This document shows positions 49,312 through 60,022 of a stretch of 64,000 bases of DNA, one piece after another. Source of the DNA: Saccharolobus solfataricus P2. Its GTDB lineage: Archaea; Thermoproteota; Thermoprotei_A; Sulfolobales; Sulfolobaceae. The position numbers and the translations under genes were made by a program. A model generated the notes under the pieces. It was given only the letters and a program-made list of their open reading frames with translations. It had not been told where the DNA came from and ran no database searches. Each line of letters starts with the position of its first letter. Within the stretch, counting starts at the first letter, position 1. Location: assembly GCF_000007005.1 (NCBI RefSeq), contig NC_002754.1; one strand, written 5' to 3'.

Positions 49312-51303
49312 TTATTCTCCTTTAAATTGGGGTTTTCTTTTTTCTAAGAAAGCTTTCACTCCTTCTTCTACATCTTTAGTTGTGAATAAAAGCCCAAATA
49401 ATGTTGACTCTAGAGTTTGTCCAGTCCAGATATTAGATTCGTATCCTAACTCTATTGCTAATTTAGCTGCCAATAGTGATATTGGTGATTTTTCAGCTAT
49501 TTTCAATGCTACTCTTCTTACTTCTTCCTCAAATCTATTACTTGGAACTACTAAATCCACTAATCCCATCTTATACGCATCCTCAGCGGAAACCATATCA
49601 CCGGTATATATCATTAACTTAGCCTTTCCTTTTCCAACTAGTCTGGGTAGCCTCTGCGTTCCCCCAGCTCCGGGTATTATACCTATATTGATTTCCGGTT
49701 GTCCTAGTTGTGCAACCTCAGAAGCTATCCTTATATCACAAGCCATGGCCAACTCAAGTCCACCACCTAATGCAAACCCATTTATTCCCGCAATTATCGG
49801 CTTAGTGTAGAGAGCAATTTTGTTCACAACATTTCTTAAAGTCCTCAACCTTATCACGTCTATTGGTCTTAGCGTAATGAACGAGCTAACGTCTGCCCCA
49901 GCTGAGAAAGCCCTACCGTTACCAGTAATTATGACTACCCTTACATCACTTCTACTTTCTAATTCATCTAGACTCTTGTCAAGTTCACTTACTAACTCTG
50001 GATTTAGTGCGTTCAATCGTTCTGGTCTATTTAGTATGATCCACGCTAGCGGTGGTTCAATACGTATGATAAGGGTGTTCATTTTCTTTTCCTCGACCTT
50101 CCCATACTGGTAGAATCCACTTCCCGTCTTTATTCCTAACTTATTCTCTCTTATCATTTGAGTTATCATGGGATCTGGATTGAAGGTGTTATAACCAGAT
50201 AACGCTTTTAGATCTTCCAAAGCCTTAAGTACTGTATCAACTCCTAACTCATCCGCATATTGGAATATTCCCTTTGGAAGCCCTAATCCCAATCTCACAC
50301 CTAAATCTATATCATCCCTACTTGCTATTCCTTCTCTCAATAGTCTAGTAGCCTCATTTACGCCTCCAGCTAAAATTAATGCTGGGTTTAATTTATCAGC
50401 TAATTCCTTAGGCAATTCCGGTTTAACATATTTGCCTGGAGCTGGATAAGTGTAGAAACCTTTACCAGTTTTCACACCTAGTTCGTTATTCTTAAACTTT
50501 TGCTCTATCAGACTGCATATCGGTATATCATCTCTTATTCCTAGTTCTTCTCTAGACTTCGAAACGTAGTACGCAACATCTACCCCTGTATAGTCTATTA
50601 ATTCAAATACCCCCATTGGAAACCCTAGTTTGTATCTAGCTACTGCATCAACTTCTCTGTAGTCTGCTACTTTCTTCTCCACTAATATGCATGAGGCGAT
50701 ATTTATTTGACCTAATATTCTATTTACGACATAACCTGGCACATCCTTATTTATCATTATTGGTTGTTTGCCAAACTTCTTGGCTAAATCATAAGTTATT
50801 TTTGCAGTCTCATCACTAGTTTTATCTCCTTTCATTACTTCTACAAGTTGCATTAGTACTGGCGGGTTGAAGAAGTGCATTCCCACAACTTTATCTTGTC
50901 TTTTAGTAGCTTCAGCTATTTTAGATATTGGTAGACTACTCGTATTTGTAGCTAATATTGCATGGGGTGGTAATAATTCGTCAAGTTTTGAGAAAACTTG
51001 CCTTTTTATATCCATTCTTTCAGTCGAAGCCTCTATAGAGAAGTCAGCATCACTTACTGTCTTATCTAATCCCACTATAGTGGTTATTCTAGACATTATG
51101 GTATCAACACTTTCTTTTATCTGCCCTCTCTCTTGTAACTTACTTAAACTCCATCTTATTCTTTCCAAAGCATTGTTTAATATATCTTGAGATATATCAC
51201 TTAAGTACACCTTATACCCAGAAATTGCAGCAATTTCAGCTATTCCGTGTCCCATTGTTCCTGCTCCTACTACGAGAATCTTTTTAATATCTTCTACTTT
51301 CAT
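49312..51303 (-). CDS. bifunctional 3-hydroxyacyl-CoA dehydrogenase / enoyl-CoA hydratase
   Basis: GAGTMG, TNTSS and MHFFNP in the N-terminal part; AFSAGAD, GGGLE and PEI in the C-terminal crotonase domain. Confidence 0.95.
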   Translation of the reverse strand: MKVEDIKKILVVGAGTMGHGIAEIAAISGYKVYLSDISQDILNNALERIRWSLSKLQERGQIKESVDTIMSRITTIVGLDKTVSDADFSIEASTERMDIKRQVFSKLDELLPPHAILATNTSSLPISKIAEATKRQDKVVGMHFFNPPVLMQLVEVMKGDKTSDETAKITYDLAKKFGKQPIMINKDVPGYVVNRILGQINIASCILVEKKVADYREVDAVARYKLGFPMGVFELIDYTGVDVAYYVSKSREELGIRDDIPICSLIEQKFKNNELGVKTGKGFYTYPAPGKYVKPELPKELADKLNPALILAGGVNEATRLLREGIASRDDIDLGVRLGLGLPKGIFQYADELGVDTVLKALEDLKALSGYNTFNPDPMITQMIRENKLGIKTGSGFYQYGKVEEKKMNTLIIRIEPPLAWIILNRPERLNALNPELVSELDKSLDELESRSDVRVVIITGNGRAFSAGADVSSFITLRPIDVIRLRTLRNVVNKIALYTKPIIAGINGFALGGGLELAMACDIRIASEVAQLGQPEINIGIIPGAGGTQRLPRLVGKGKAKLMIYTGDMVSAEDAYKMGLVDLVVPSNRFEEEVRRVALKIAEKSPISLLAAKLAIELGYESNIWTGQTLESTLFGLLFTTKDVEEGVKAFLEKRKPQFKGE

Positions 51304-51384
51304 CGGATAAAGATAAGCAAAATAAGGTTAAAAAGTAATCTCAATTCAATCTTCCTACAATTTTAAATATTTACTCATTTTATA

Positions 51385-52317
51385 TCAACTACTCATAGTA
51401 TAATAAATACTACCACTAGCGTTTACCTCTCTTATAAAGCCCTCCTCGACTAGATATTTAATATGTGCCAATGTTTCCCCCATTGCTAATTGTTTATCAA
51501 AAGCGGAAAGTTCATCCCACTTCTTGTACCAAGAAATTCTGGACGCAATATTAAATCCACTAGTTTTTCCTAAAGTCCTTATAATGTTCATTATTTCCTC
51601 TAGCCGTCTTTTATGGTGCTCCTTTATTTCCTCTACCCTTTTACTCACATCTTTGAGTACTTCTCCATGTGCGGGATAAAGCAGTTCAATATCCAGTTTT
51701 TGTACCTTATCAAGGCTTTCTAAATAAGCCTTTAACGGATTATCCTCTAATCTAAGTAACGATATATTTGGCGTTATATCTTGCAATATATGATCTCCAC
51801 AGAATACTACCTTTTCGTAAACTAGGCAAATGTGTCCCATAGTATGGCCTGGAGTCAATAATACCCTCATTTGTTCTTGGCCTAATTTTATCACATCTCC
51901 ATCCTTAACGGTATTGAAATTTACGCCGTCAATGATTTCACTAAATCTACTTCTATTTCTAAACATTCTCTGAATAAACTCTTCTGGAAAACCATTAGCG
52001 AGAAGATATTTCCTCATTTCCTTTTCATACTCCTCACTTAGTAGATAGGTTACATATTCTAACTCCCTATCAGATATCAATATAATACTCTTATCCTTAA
52101 ACAATCTAACTAAGCCCATATGATCTGGATGGTAATGAGTGATTACTACGAAGTTCGGATAACCATAAGCTTTCAAATAATTTGATAAAGTAGTCACATC
52201 TTCTTGAGTAGGTAGTCCAGTATCAATCAGTACGCTCTCTTCATTGCCTTTTACTAAATATGAGTTTATGTACTTCAAGGGGCCTTGCATTGGTAACTTT
52301 AAAGTAAATATCGTCAC
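51385..52317 (-). CDS. MBL-fold hydrolase with C-terminal wHTH
   Basis: Motifs THYHPDH, PGHT.GH, GDHIL and PAHG. Confidence 0.9.
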   Translation of the reverse strand: MTIFTLKLPMQGPLKYINSYLVKGNEESVLIDTGLPTQEDVTTLSNYLKAYGYPNFVVITHYHPDHMGLVRLFKDKSIILISDRELEYVTYLLSEEYEKEMRKYLLANGFPEEFIQRMFRNRSRFSEIIDGVNFNTVKDGDVIKLGQEQMRVLLTPGHTMGHICLVYEKVVFCGDHILQDITPNISLLRLEDNPLKAYLESLDKVQKLDIELLYPAHGEVLKDVSKRVEEIKEHHKRRLEEIMNIIRTLGKTSGFNIASRISWYKKWDELSAFDKQLAMGETLAHIKYLVEEGFIREVNASGSIYYTMSS

Positions 52318-52589
52318 AAACTCATTCTCTCTTGACTAGCTTTAAAATTTATCTCCTTAATCCAATAAACTCATTTTACTCTTTTTACTATTAAAAATTA
52401 AATAAATAGCTAACTAAAAGTTAGGTCTTTATTCATAACTAAGGAAAGTAAAAATATTCAAAATTCTTTTCTAACTTCTGTATGGTATATATTATCCATA
52501 GCTAGTATCTAATTATACAATTTATGTATAAAGCTAGAAAATTGACTTTCATAAGATATTTTTATGAATTAACTGGTGTAAGCACATCT

Positions 52590-53990
52590 ATGAGTAGTAA
52601 ATTAGATGAATACCTAGCTAGGATAGATAGACTACCAACTTGGGGGCTATCATATGCAGTACTATGGGCACTAGGAATAGGTTATTTTGCCACCTTATAT
52701 GACGCAGTATCGAATTTAGGTTACGCTTTGCCATTCATCCCTTTCATAAACGCAACTCAAGCTTCAATTATCGTATCTGTGGGATTAGCAGGTTACATAG
52801 CTGGTTCGATAGGTTTTGGTGTTGCTTCAGATAGGATTGGTAGGAGACCAATACTGATTACCACTTTTGCGCTTTTAGGAATTGGTAGTTTGGGTATGGG
52901 TTTAGCTACTAACTATTTCATGTTGTTTATTTTTAGATTGCTAGAAGGTATAGGTATTGGAGCGGCTCTCAATTTAGCTATGGTCTATGTCGCAGAGTTT
53001 TCACCCAGTATGAAAAGAGGAAAATACGCAAATTGGATTTTCATCTCGGGGTGGACTGCGGTGGGAGTTGGTACGGTCGCCGCAGCGTTCATCGTTACTA
53101 TTAACCCTACAGTAGGCTGGAGAATAATTTTCCTTTTGCCTGCAGTTTTATCCCTTATGACTACCGTCGTTTTAACTATTTTATCTCCAGAAAGTGTTAG
53201 AATATTGGTAAAGAAAGGAAAAGTACAAGAGGTCGAGAAGATTGTGAATAAGATGGAGGAGATAAGTATGAGGAGGGCTAGAATGGAATCACTTCCACAG
53301 CCTAAGATAATTCATTACGAAGAGACTCCATCCTCTAGCCAATTGAAAATACTAAGAGAGTCGAAATATCTTAAGCGTCTAATTTCGCTCACGGTCTTCT
53401 GGTTTTTCATCTACTTCATACAATACACATCTACAGGACTTGGTCCTACGTTCGTAAAAGTAGTGATTGGGTTTTCTACAGCTCAATATGCAGAATACAT
53501 TAGATTGTCAGGATTCGCAGCTATAGGAGCCACCATAGTTTCATTTATTTTATTAAGCGTAGTTGAAAAGACAGATAGAAGGTTGCTGACCCAAATTGGA
53601 GGAATAGGGTTCCTAGTTAGCTCTTTTGTGTCCACATATTTATTGCTTAACAAGGAACTGATAGTCTGGTTTATAGCCTATTTTCTTCTTGAATTCGTTG
53701 TTAACCCGCCATACTTAGCTGGGTATTTAATGAGTAGTGAAGCCTTCCCTACTGCAGCTAGATCAACAGCCTTTGCCATAACTGATGGTATAGGGCATTT
53801 AGGTGGAGTCATTGGGCCTCTACTTTTATTTCCTTTAATAAGGATAATAGGTCCGTTACCAGCATGGGTAGTTTTAGGCCTTCCAGTTCCATTTGCCGCA
53901 GCATTGTTATGGTTTACCATTCCGAAAACAGTAAAGGTTAGACTTGAGGAGGTTAATGAAGCATATAGAGAGGGTACTGCGCAAACATAG
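52590..53990 (+). CDS. MFS transporter, paralog B
   Basis: SDRIGRR, EFSP.MKRG and EAFPTAARST; start placed at MSSKLDEY. Confidence 0.92.
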   Translation: MSSKLDEYLARIDRLPTWGLSYAVLWALGIGYFATLYDAVSNLGYALPFIPFINATQASIIVSVGLAGYIAGSIGFGVASDRIGRRPILITTFALLGIGSLGMGLATNYFMLFIFRLLEGIGIGAALNLAMVYVAEFSPSMKRGKYANWIFISGWTAVGVGTVAAAFIVTINPTVGWRIIFLLPAVLSLMTTVVLTILSPESVRILVKKGKVQEVEKIVNKMEEISMRRARMESLPQPKIIHYEETPSSSQLKILRESKYLKRLISLTVFWFFIYFIQYTSTGLGPTFVKVVIGFSTAQYAEYIRLSGFAAIGATIVSFILLSVVEKTDRRLLTQIGGIGFLVSSFVSTYLLLNKELIVWFIAYFLLEFVVNPPYLAGYLMSSEAFPTAARSTAFAITDGIGHLGGVIGPLLLFPLIRIIGPLPAWVVLGLPVPFAAALLWFTIPKTVKVRLEEVNEAYREGTAQT

Positions 53991-54109
53991 CTAAATCCCT
54001 CCTCAAATTCAGTTAATTAAGACTTTAGAGAACTAATAGTGAAAGTTTCGTAAGATTAAATAGTAAAGTATATAGTGAGTCAAAAATATAATGTAAATTA
54101 GGTGGAAAA

Positions 54110-55036
54110 ATTCCCCTAGATCCAGAGGTAAGAAAGTTTTTAGATTATTTCTATAAGGCTAACATTTTAGATTTCACCAAATATTCATTACAAGAAGTTA
54201 GAGAAAAACTAAACAAACTCTTAGCAGAAGCTACACCAAAGGACTCTGTATATAAAATTGAGGATAGGAAGATTAAAGGGTTGGAAACTGAAATACCTAT
54301 AAGAATATATTATCCAGATAATAAACGAGATCATCCTATAATTCTTCATTTTCATGGTGGCGCATGGATTTTAGGCAGTATCGAGACTGAGGATAGTGTT
54401 TCTAGAATATTGGCTAATTCTTGTAACTGTATAGTGATTTCAGTTAATTATAGACTAGCACCAGAACATAAGTTCCCTGCGGCCGTAACGGACTGCTTTG
54501 ACTCTATTAAATGGACATATGAGAACGCTGAAAGTATAGGTGGTCATCCGAATCGAATCGCAGTTTTCGGAATTAGCGCTGGAGGTAACTTAGCTGCAGC
54601 TACGTCTATTCTTTCCAGAGATCAAGGGATAAAATTAAGGGCTCAAGCACTTGTGGTTCCCTTCGTATATCTAGACTTAGCCTCTACATCAATGACTGAA
54701 TATAGAAAAGGCTATTTCTTGGACATTAACGTACCCATAGATTACGGAATAATGATGTACATAAGAGACGAGAAGGATCTTCTTAATCCCATGTTCGTTC
54801 CTTTAATTGCAGAAGATCTCTCCAACTTACCACAAGCCATTATTGTCACAGCCGAATATGATCCCTTAAGAGACCAAGGGGAGGCTTATGCAAAGAGACT
54901 AATGGAGGCTGGGGTTTTAACCTTAAGTTTTAGAGTTAACGGTATGGTTCACGGCTTTTTAGGTTCTCCTAATATTAGTAGGCTAGTTAGTGTAATGGTA
55001 GGTTCTGCGCTAAAGGACATCTTAATGAGGGGTTAA
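54110..55036 (+). CDS. HSL-family esterase; full length requires an ATT start at 54110
   Basis: HGGAW, GISAGG and EYDPLRD. The in-frame cap region PLDPEVRKFL... lies upstream of the tracked TTG 54281. Confidence 0.88.
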   Translation: MPLDPEVRKFLDYFYKANILDFTKYSLQEVREKLNKLLAEATPKDSVYKIEDRKIKGLETEIPIRIYYPDNKRDHPIILHFHGGAWILGSIETEDSVSRILANSCNCIVISVNYRLAPEHKFPAAVTDCFDSIKWTYENAESIGGHPNRIAVFGISAGGNLAAATSILSRDQGIKLRAQALVVPFVYLDLASTSMTEYRKGYFLDINVPIDYGIMMYIRDEKDLLNPMFVPLIAEDLSNLPQAIIVTAEYDPLRDQGEAYAKRLMEAGVLTLSFRVNGMVHGFLGSPNISRLVSVMVGSALKDILMRG

Positions 55037-55041
55037 CACTC

Positions 55042-56103
55042 ATGTATGAAGAATGGAAAATCGTCAAAAGGGAAGCACCAATCTTGGGTAATGATCAGCT
55101 TATAGAGAACATATGGAAAATGAAGAGAGAAGATTCACCATATGATATTATATCTCTTCATAAGGTTAATTTAATAGGTGGAGGTAATGATGCTGTCCTT
55201 ATCCTTCCCGGTACATGGTCCAGCGGGGAACAATTGGTAACCATAAGTTGGAATGGTGTGCACTATACAATACCAGACTATAGAAAATCTATCGTACTTT
55301 ACCTAGCAAGAAACGGATTTAACGTTTATACAATTGACTATAGAACTCACTATGTTCCCCCATTTCTTAAGGATAGGCAACTTTCCTTTACGGCTAATTG
55401 GGGATGGAGTACATGGATTAGTGATATTAAAGAGGTTGTTAGTTTTATCAAACGGGATTCCGGACAAGAAAGAATATACTTAGCGGGGGAGAGCTTTGGA
55501 GGCATTGCGGCTCTAAACTACTCCTCGCTATATTGGAAGAATGATATTAAGGGGCTAATCCTGTTAGATGGTGGTCCTACTAAACACGGGATTAGACCAA
55601 AGTTTTATACTCCAGAAGTGAACAGTATTGAAGAAATGGAGGCTAAAGGTATCTACGTTATACCTAGCAGAGGCGGTCCAAATAATCCTATATGGTCCTA
55701 TGCATTAGCTAATCCAGATATGCCAAGTCCAGACCCAAAATATAAGAGTATTAGCGATTTCTTAATGGATAGCTTATATGTAACCGGCTCAGCGAATCCA
55801 TATGATTATCCCTACTCTAAAAAGGAAGACATGTTCCCAATTTTAGCTTCCTTTGATCCGTACTGGCCATATAGGTTAAGTTTAGAAAGAGATCTAAAAT
55901 TTGATTACGAAGGGATACTTGTACCCACTATAGCATTTGTTAGTGAAAGGTTCGGTATTCAGATCTTTGATAGTAAGATATTACCTTCAAATAGCGAGAT
56001 TATCTTATTGAAGGGATATGGGCATTTAGATGTGTATACTGGAGAAAACAGTGAAAAAGATGTTAATTCAGTAGTGTTAAAGTGGTTGTCGCAACAACGT
56101 TAG
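55042..56103 (+). CDS. alpha/beta hydrolase (putative lipase/esterase)
   Basis: GESFG nucleophile elbow and GYGHLD catalytic His. Confidence 0.88.
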   Translation: MYEEWKIVKREAPILGNDQLIENIWKMKREDSPYDIISLHKVNLIGGGNDAVLILPGTWSSGEQLVTISWNGVHYTIPDYRKSIVLYLARNGFNVYTIDYRTHYVPPFLKDRQLSFTANWGWSTWISDIKEVVSFIKRDSGQERIYLAGESFGGIAALNYSSLYWKNDIKGLILLDGGPTKHGIRPKFYTPEVNSIEEMEAKGIYVIPSRGGPNNPIWSYALANPDMPSPDPKYKSISDFLMDSLYVTGSANPYDYPYSKKEDMFPILASFDPYWPYRLSLERDLKFDYEGILVPTIAFVSERFGIQIFDSKILPSNSEIILLKGYGHLDVYTGENSEKDVNSVVLKWLSQQR

Positions 56104-56110
56104 AAACAAT

Positions 56111-57037
56111 CTATTTTTTCCCACCACCTTTCTTTTCTCTATATCTAATCATCTCTAAAAGTACTTTATCAATATTTTCTAACTTCGATGCTGGGGGATT
56201 TCCCTTTAACTCACTGTAAGCCCTAACTAAATTTCCAACAATCCTCTCCTTACTTATCCACTCATCGTATTTGCCTAAATTTATCTCATAGGCAGCTCTA
56301 ATAGGGTCACTGATTGTCCTCATTATTTTTCTAGCCTCATCCCTAACAAATATTAAGTAGTCCCTCGATTCATATAAAGCATTTCTACCATAACTTACCT
56401 CACCATGACCCGGTATAAAGATTTCAGCATCTAAATTTGCCAGATTCTCTAGAGCATTTATATATCCTTGAATGTAGCCCATTAACGCAAATGGAGTACA
56501 AGGTGGAGAAAAAAGGAGATCTCCAGTAAATACGACTTTTTGGTCAGGAATATATACGTAGATGTCGCTAGTTGTATGTGCATAACCGACGTATGCTATT
56601 TTAATTTCCTCATCGTTATCAATAAATATTCTCATTTCATCTTTAATTACCACTTCTTGGGGCGTATATTGATAGCCGGAAAAATCTATTGCATTAAATA
56701 AATTTTCATATGGATTAATCCTTCGTTTTGCACCCTCCACTACTTTCTCCCTGCAGTTCTTATGGCAAATAGTTATTGCATTAGGGAATAAGTGATTAGT
56801 CCATAGGTGATCTTCATGTTCATGGGTATTTATCAAATACTTTATTGGTTTGTCAGTTATTTTCTTAATCTCGGAAATAAACTGCCTAGCCATTTTCTCG
56901 TTAGTTAACGAATCTACTACTACTGCGTAATTTTTACCTATTATTACACCGGCATTACTTAAGAACCAGTCACCATTAGGTTGAATGAAGGCATATACAT
57001 TATCACTAATTCTTTCGAACTTATATTGAACTTCCAT
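56111..57037 (-). CDS. MBL-fold hydrolase (cyclase-like)
   Basis: Motifs NTHEHEDH, AHT.SD, TGDL and PGHG. Confidence 0.88.
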   Translation of the reverse strand: MEVQYKFERISDNVYAFIQPNGDWFLSNAGVIIGKNYAVVVDSLTNEKMARQFISEIKKITDKPIKYLINTHEHEDHLWTNHLFPNAITICHKNCREKVVEGAKRRINPYENLFNAIDFSGYQYTPQEVVIKDEMRIFIDNDEEIKIAYVGYAHTTSDIYVYIPDQKVVFTGDLLFSPPCTPFALMGYIQGYINALENLANLDAEIFIPGHGEVSYGRNALYESRDYLIFVRDEARKIMRTISDPIRAAYEINLGKYDEWISKERIVGNLVRAYSELKGNPPASKLENIDKVLLEMIRYREKKGGGKK

Positions 57038-57079
57038 AATAACATATATTACCTATTGATTAAATAGTTTATAGAGATC

Positions 57080-58036
57080 ATGAAACTAATAAGTTTCATT
57101 AGGGATAATAGGATAAGAAGTGGTGTTTTAGTTAATGACGAGTTTATAGCAGATCTAAACACCTCTTGCTACCTAATGCTAATTGAGAAAGGGGAAGAAG
57201 AACAATTTGCCGAGAGGTATTGTAATGCAATAGTACCTCCAGATATGCTAGGGGTACTTCAAGCTGGAGATAAGGGATTTGAAGTGGTTAAAGAAATTCT
57301 GGAATGGTCTAAGAAGAGAAATGATATCCTTTATAATATTAATCAAGTTAAGTTAAAGGCACCCTTAGTAAGGGCTAATATGTTGAGAGATTTCCTAGCA
57401 TTTAGGGGACATGTTGAGGCAACTTATAAGAGGAGAGGACAACCTATACCCGAAGAATGGTTTAGGATTCCCATTTATTATAAGGGAGATCCGGCGATAT
57501 TTTATGGACATTTAGAGGAAGTACCTTGGCCAAAGTATTCTAAGCTCGTCGACATAGAGCTAGAAATAGCTGCTATAATATATAAGAGAGGTAAGGACAT
57601 TGATAAGATAAGAGCGAGGGATTACATATTAGGTTTCACTATCTTTAATGATTTTAGTGCGAGGGATATACAAATGGCTGAGATGAAAGGTTTACTAGGC
57701 CCAGCAAAGGGTAAAGATTTCGCAAATGGATTGGGACCTTGGATAGTAACAAAGGACGAGTTATCGGATATTAAGGGGTTAAGAGTCTACGCTAAGGTTA
57801 ATAATGAAATCTGGTGTGATACTAAGGCAGAGGATATGCAATGGAGTTTTGAGGATATGATAGCGTATGTCTCTCAAGACGAGTACATTAGACCGGGCGA
57901 TGTTTTCGGTAGTGGTACTGTAAGTGGATGTACTGGGTTAGATATAGGCAAATCGTTAAAGCCAAATAGTAGTATAGAATTATATGTGGAGAAGATAGGG
58001 ATTCTGAAAAATATTATAGTAAAAAATCATCAATAG
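57080..58036 (+). CDS. fumarylacetoacetate hydrolase family protein
   Basis: Motifs DIELEIA, NDFSARD, KGKDF...LGP and GSGT. Confidence 0.9.
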   Translation: MKLISFIRDNRIRSGVLVNDEFIADLNTSCYLMLIEKGEEEQFAERYCNAIVPPDMLGVLQAGDKGFEVVKEILEWSKKRNDILYNINQVKLKAPLVRANMLRDFLAFRGHVEATYKRRGQPIPEEWFRIPIYYKGDPAIFYGHLEEVPWPKYSKLVDIELEIAAIIYKRGKDIDKIRARDYILGFTIFNDFSARDIQMAEMKGLLGPAKGKDFANGLGPWIVTKDELSDIKGLRVYAKVNNEIWCDTKAEDMQWSFEDMIAYVSQDEYIRPGDVFGSGTVSGCTGLDIGKSLKPNSSIELYVEKIGILKNIIVKNHQ

Positions 58037-58965
58037 AAAACGTTAAACATTTTTCTAATTGATGATGCAATATGATGTATTGCTTCTTTTCCCGTATCTA
58101 AATACTCATAAAAACTCACGAAGCCGTGGATCATGCCGTTATATCTCAAGCTTATTGTCTTCACTCCACTTACCTTCAGTTTATGAGCGTACATTTCACC
58201 TTGATCTCTTAGGGGATCATATTCGGCGGTAATTATTAACGCGGGAGGAAGGTTATGTGATTCAGCCAATATTGGAGAGGCTAAGGGGTTGTAATAATCA
58301 CTGTCTTCTTTAACATACTGCTTGTTGTACCATAAAATTCTCTCATAGGTTAGGAAGTAGCCATCCCCGTAATTATACATTGAGGGAGAGGAGTCTAACA
58401 TGTTAACTACTGGGTATATCATTATTTGGTATTTCACAACGTTTTCTCCATTATCTCTATCAAGGATACTAACTACCGTGGATAAATTTCCCCCCGCACT
58501 ATCTCCAGCAACTGCAATTTTTGACGTATCTATGGATAGCTTTCCTCCATTATTAGCTAACCACTTAACCACATCGTATGCGTCATAAACTTGTGTGGGG
58601 AATTTGTGTTCTGGAGCTAACCTATAATCCACTGAAACTATTATTGTATTTGACAACTTTGATATTAATCTACACACGCTATCATGAGTATCTAAATTTC
58701 CGTAAACGAAACCTCCTCCATGATAATACACTACAGCGGGAAGGTTTTCCCTTTGGTTTGGAAAATAGACCCTAACTTTTATATCACCATTCCTAACTGG
58801 GATAGTCATATCACGAATATTATATAGCCCAACCTTTTCGTTATTAAACATCTTTATAAAGAGCTCATTTCTAACCTTTCTGAACTCTTGAGGTGTTAAA
58901 GGAGTTGTAGGTAATAGCAAATTTATTTTAGTTAAGAGCTCCTTAACTTGTGGATCTAGTGGCAT
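58030..58965 (-). CDS. HSL-family esterase/lipase
   Basis: Motifs HGGGF, GDSAGG, EYDPLRD and HGF. Confidence 0.95.
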   Translation of the reverse strand: MPLDPQVKELLTKINLLLPTTPLTPQEFRKVRNELFIKMFNNEKVGLYNIRDMTIPVRNGDIKVRVYFPNQRENLPAVVYYHGGGFVYGNLDTHDSVCRLISKLSNTIIVSVDYRLAPEHKFPTQVYDAYDVVKWLANNGGKLSIDTSKIAVAGDSAGGNLSTVVSILDRDNGENVVKYQIMIYPVVNMLDSSPSMYNYGDGYFLTYERILWYNKQYVKEDSDYYNPLASPILAESHNLPPALIITAEYDPLRDQGEMYAHKLKVSGVKTISLRYNGMIHGFVSFYEYLDTGKEAIHHIASSIRKMFNVFY

Positions 58966-58999
58966 ATTATAATAAAAGTGTTAAGTTAAAAATAAATAT

Positions 59000-59944
59000 T
59001 TAGCTGAAGAACTTTTTCGGATTTTCCTTAAATATTGTAGCTATAACCTCTTCATTCACTCCATTTCTCTTTAAGAACGGTATCGTATCCTCAAATATTA
59101 GAGTTATACTCCATCTTGGAGCAAGCTTAGGTTTATATTCTGGTTTTGCAGTTCCCCAGTCGATTGTGCAACAATAATCGTGAGAGATCATTATCTTATC
59201 TGAATAACCATCTTTGATTAGTCTTAAGGTCGTTTCATTTCTCTTATCAACAGGTAGGAATAAATCTAAACCATATCTATCTAATCCAATAAAGGATCCC
59301 TTATCTGCTATCTTCTTTATGTAATCTATATTATCTGTATCACCTAAATGACCTATTAATATTTTCCCTGGATCAACACCTTCTTCAGTCAATATTCTTT
59401 GCTGTTCTAATCCGGTGTTATTGTGAGCGTTAGAGTGGGTAATTATTGGTACTTTAGTCTCTTTGTTTGCTATGGCAGCAGCCCTTATTACCTTCTCCAC
59501 ATCCTTTGTGATCCCAGGTTCATCTGCAGCTATCTTTACGAAGCCAGCTTTATTGAGAGTACCTTGTATTCCCTCTTTTATATCATGAATAAACAAGTCA
59601 GCTATCTCATCAATTGACCTATTTAAGAAATAGAAAGGTAAGTCGATATATATGTAAATCCCCGTCCCCGCAACTAAATTTATCCCGGTAGCCTTAACCA
59701 CTTTTTCCATAAATCTGATGTCCCTACCCAATCCCATTACAGTGGGATCTACTATAGTCTTTACTCCAAATTGCATTGCCCTTTTAACCTCATTTACAGC
59801 GTTTCTGAACTCCTCATCTTCGTTATATAGATGGGGCCATTGTTGTCTGACCGCTTCGCTAAAAACTCTTAAATGTTCATGAATTAGCGTAAATCCTATG
59901 TCCTTAGATTCTATTGAATCTTTCCCAACTAATGGTATTCTCAT
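59000..59944 (-). CDS. php: phosphotriesterase-like lactonase SsoPox
   Basis: HEH metal motif, FVKIAAD (carbamylated Lys), THS, GHLG and SHDY; the sequence matches SsoPox as I recall it. Confidence 0.96.
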   Translation of the reverse strand: MRIPLVGKDSIESKDIGFTLIHEHLRVFSEAVRQQWPHLYNEDEEFRNAVNEVKRAMQFGVKTIVDPTVMGLGRDIRFMEKVVKATGINLVAGTGIYIYIDLPFYFLNRSIDEIADLFIHDIKEGIQGTLNKAGFVKIAADEPGITKDVEKVIRAAAIANKETKVPIITHSNAHNNTGLEQQRILTEEGVDPGKILIGHLGDTDNIDYIKKIADKGSFIGLDRYGLDLFLPVDKRNETTLRLIKDGYSDKIMISHDYCCTIDWGTAKPEYKPKLAPRWSITLIFEDTIPFLKRNGVNEEVIATIFKENPKKFFS

Positions 59945-60022
59945 ATACTAGTCTATTTTATCCATAGTAGATAAGCTTTTCTGTGAATAAAGGTTTATTA
60001 GTGCATATATCTAAATTTTCCT

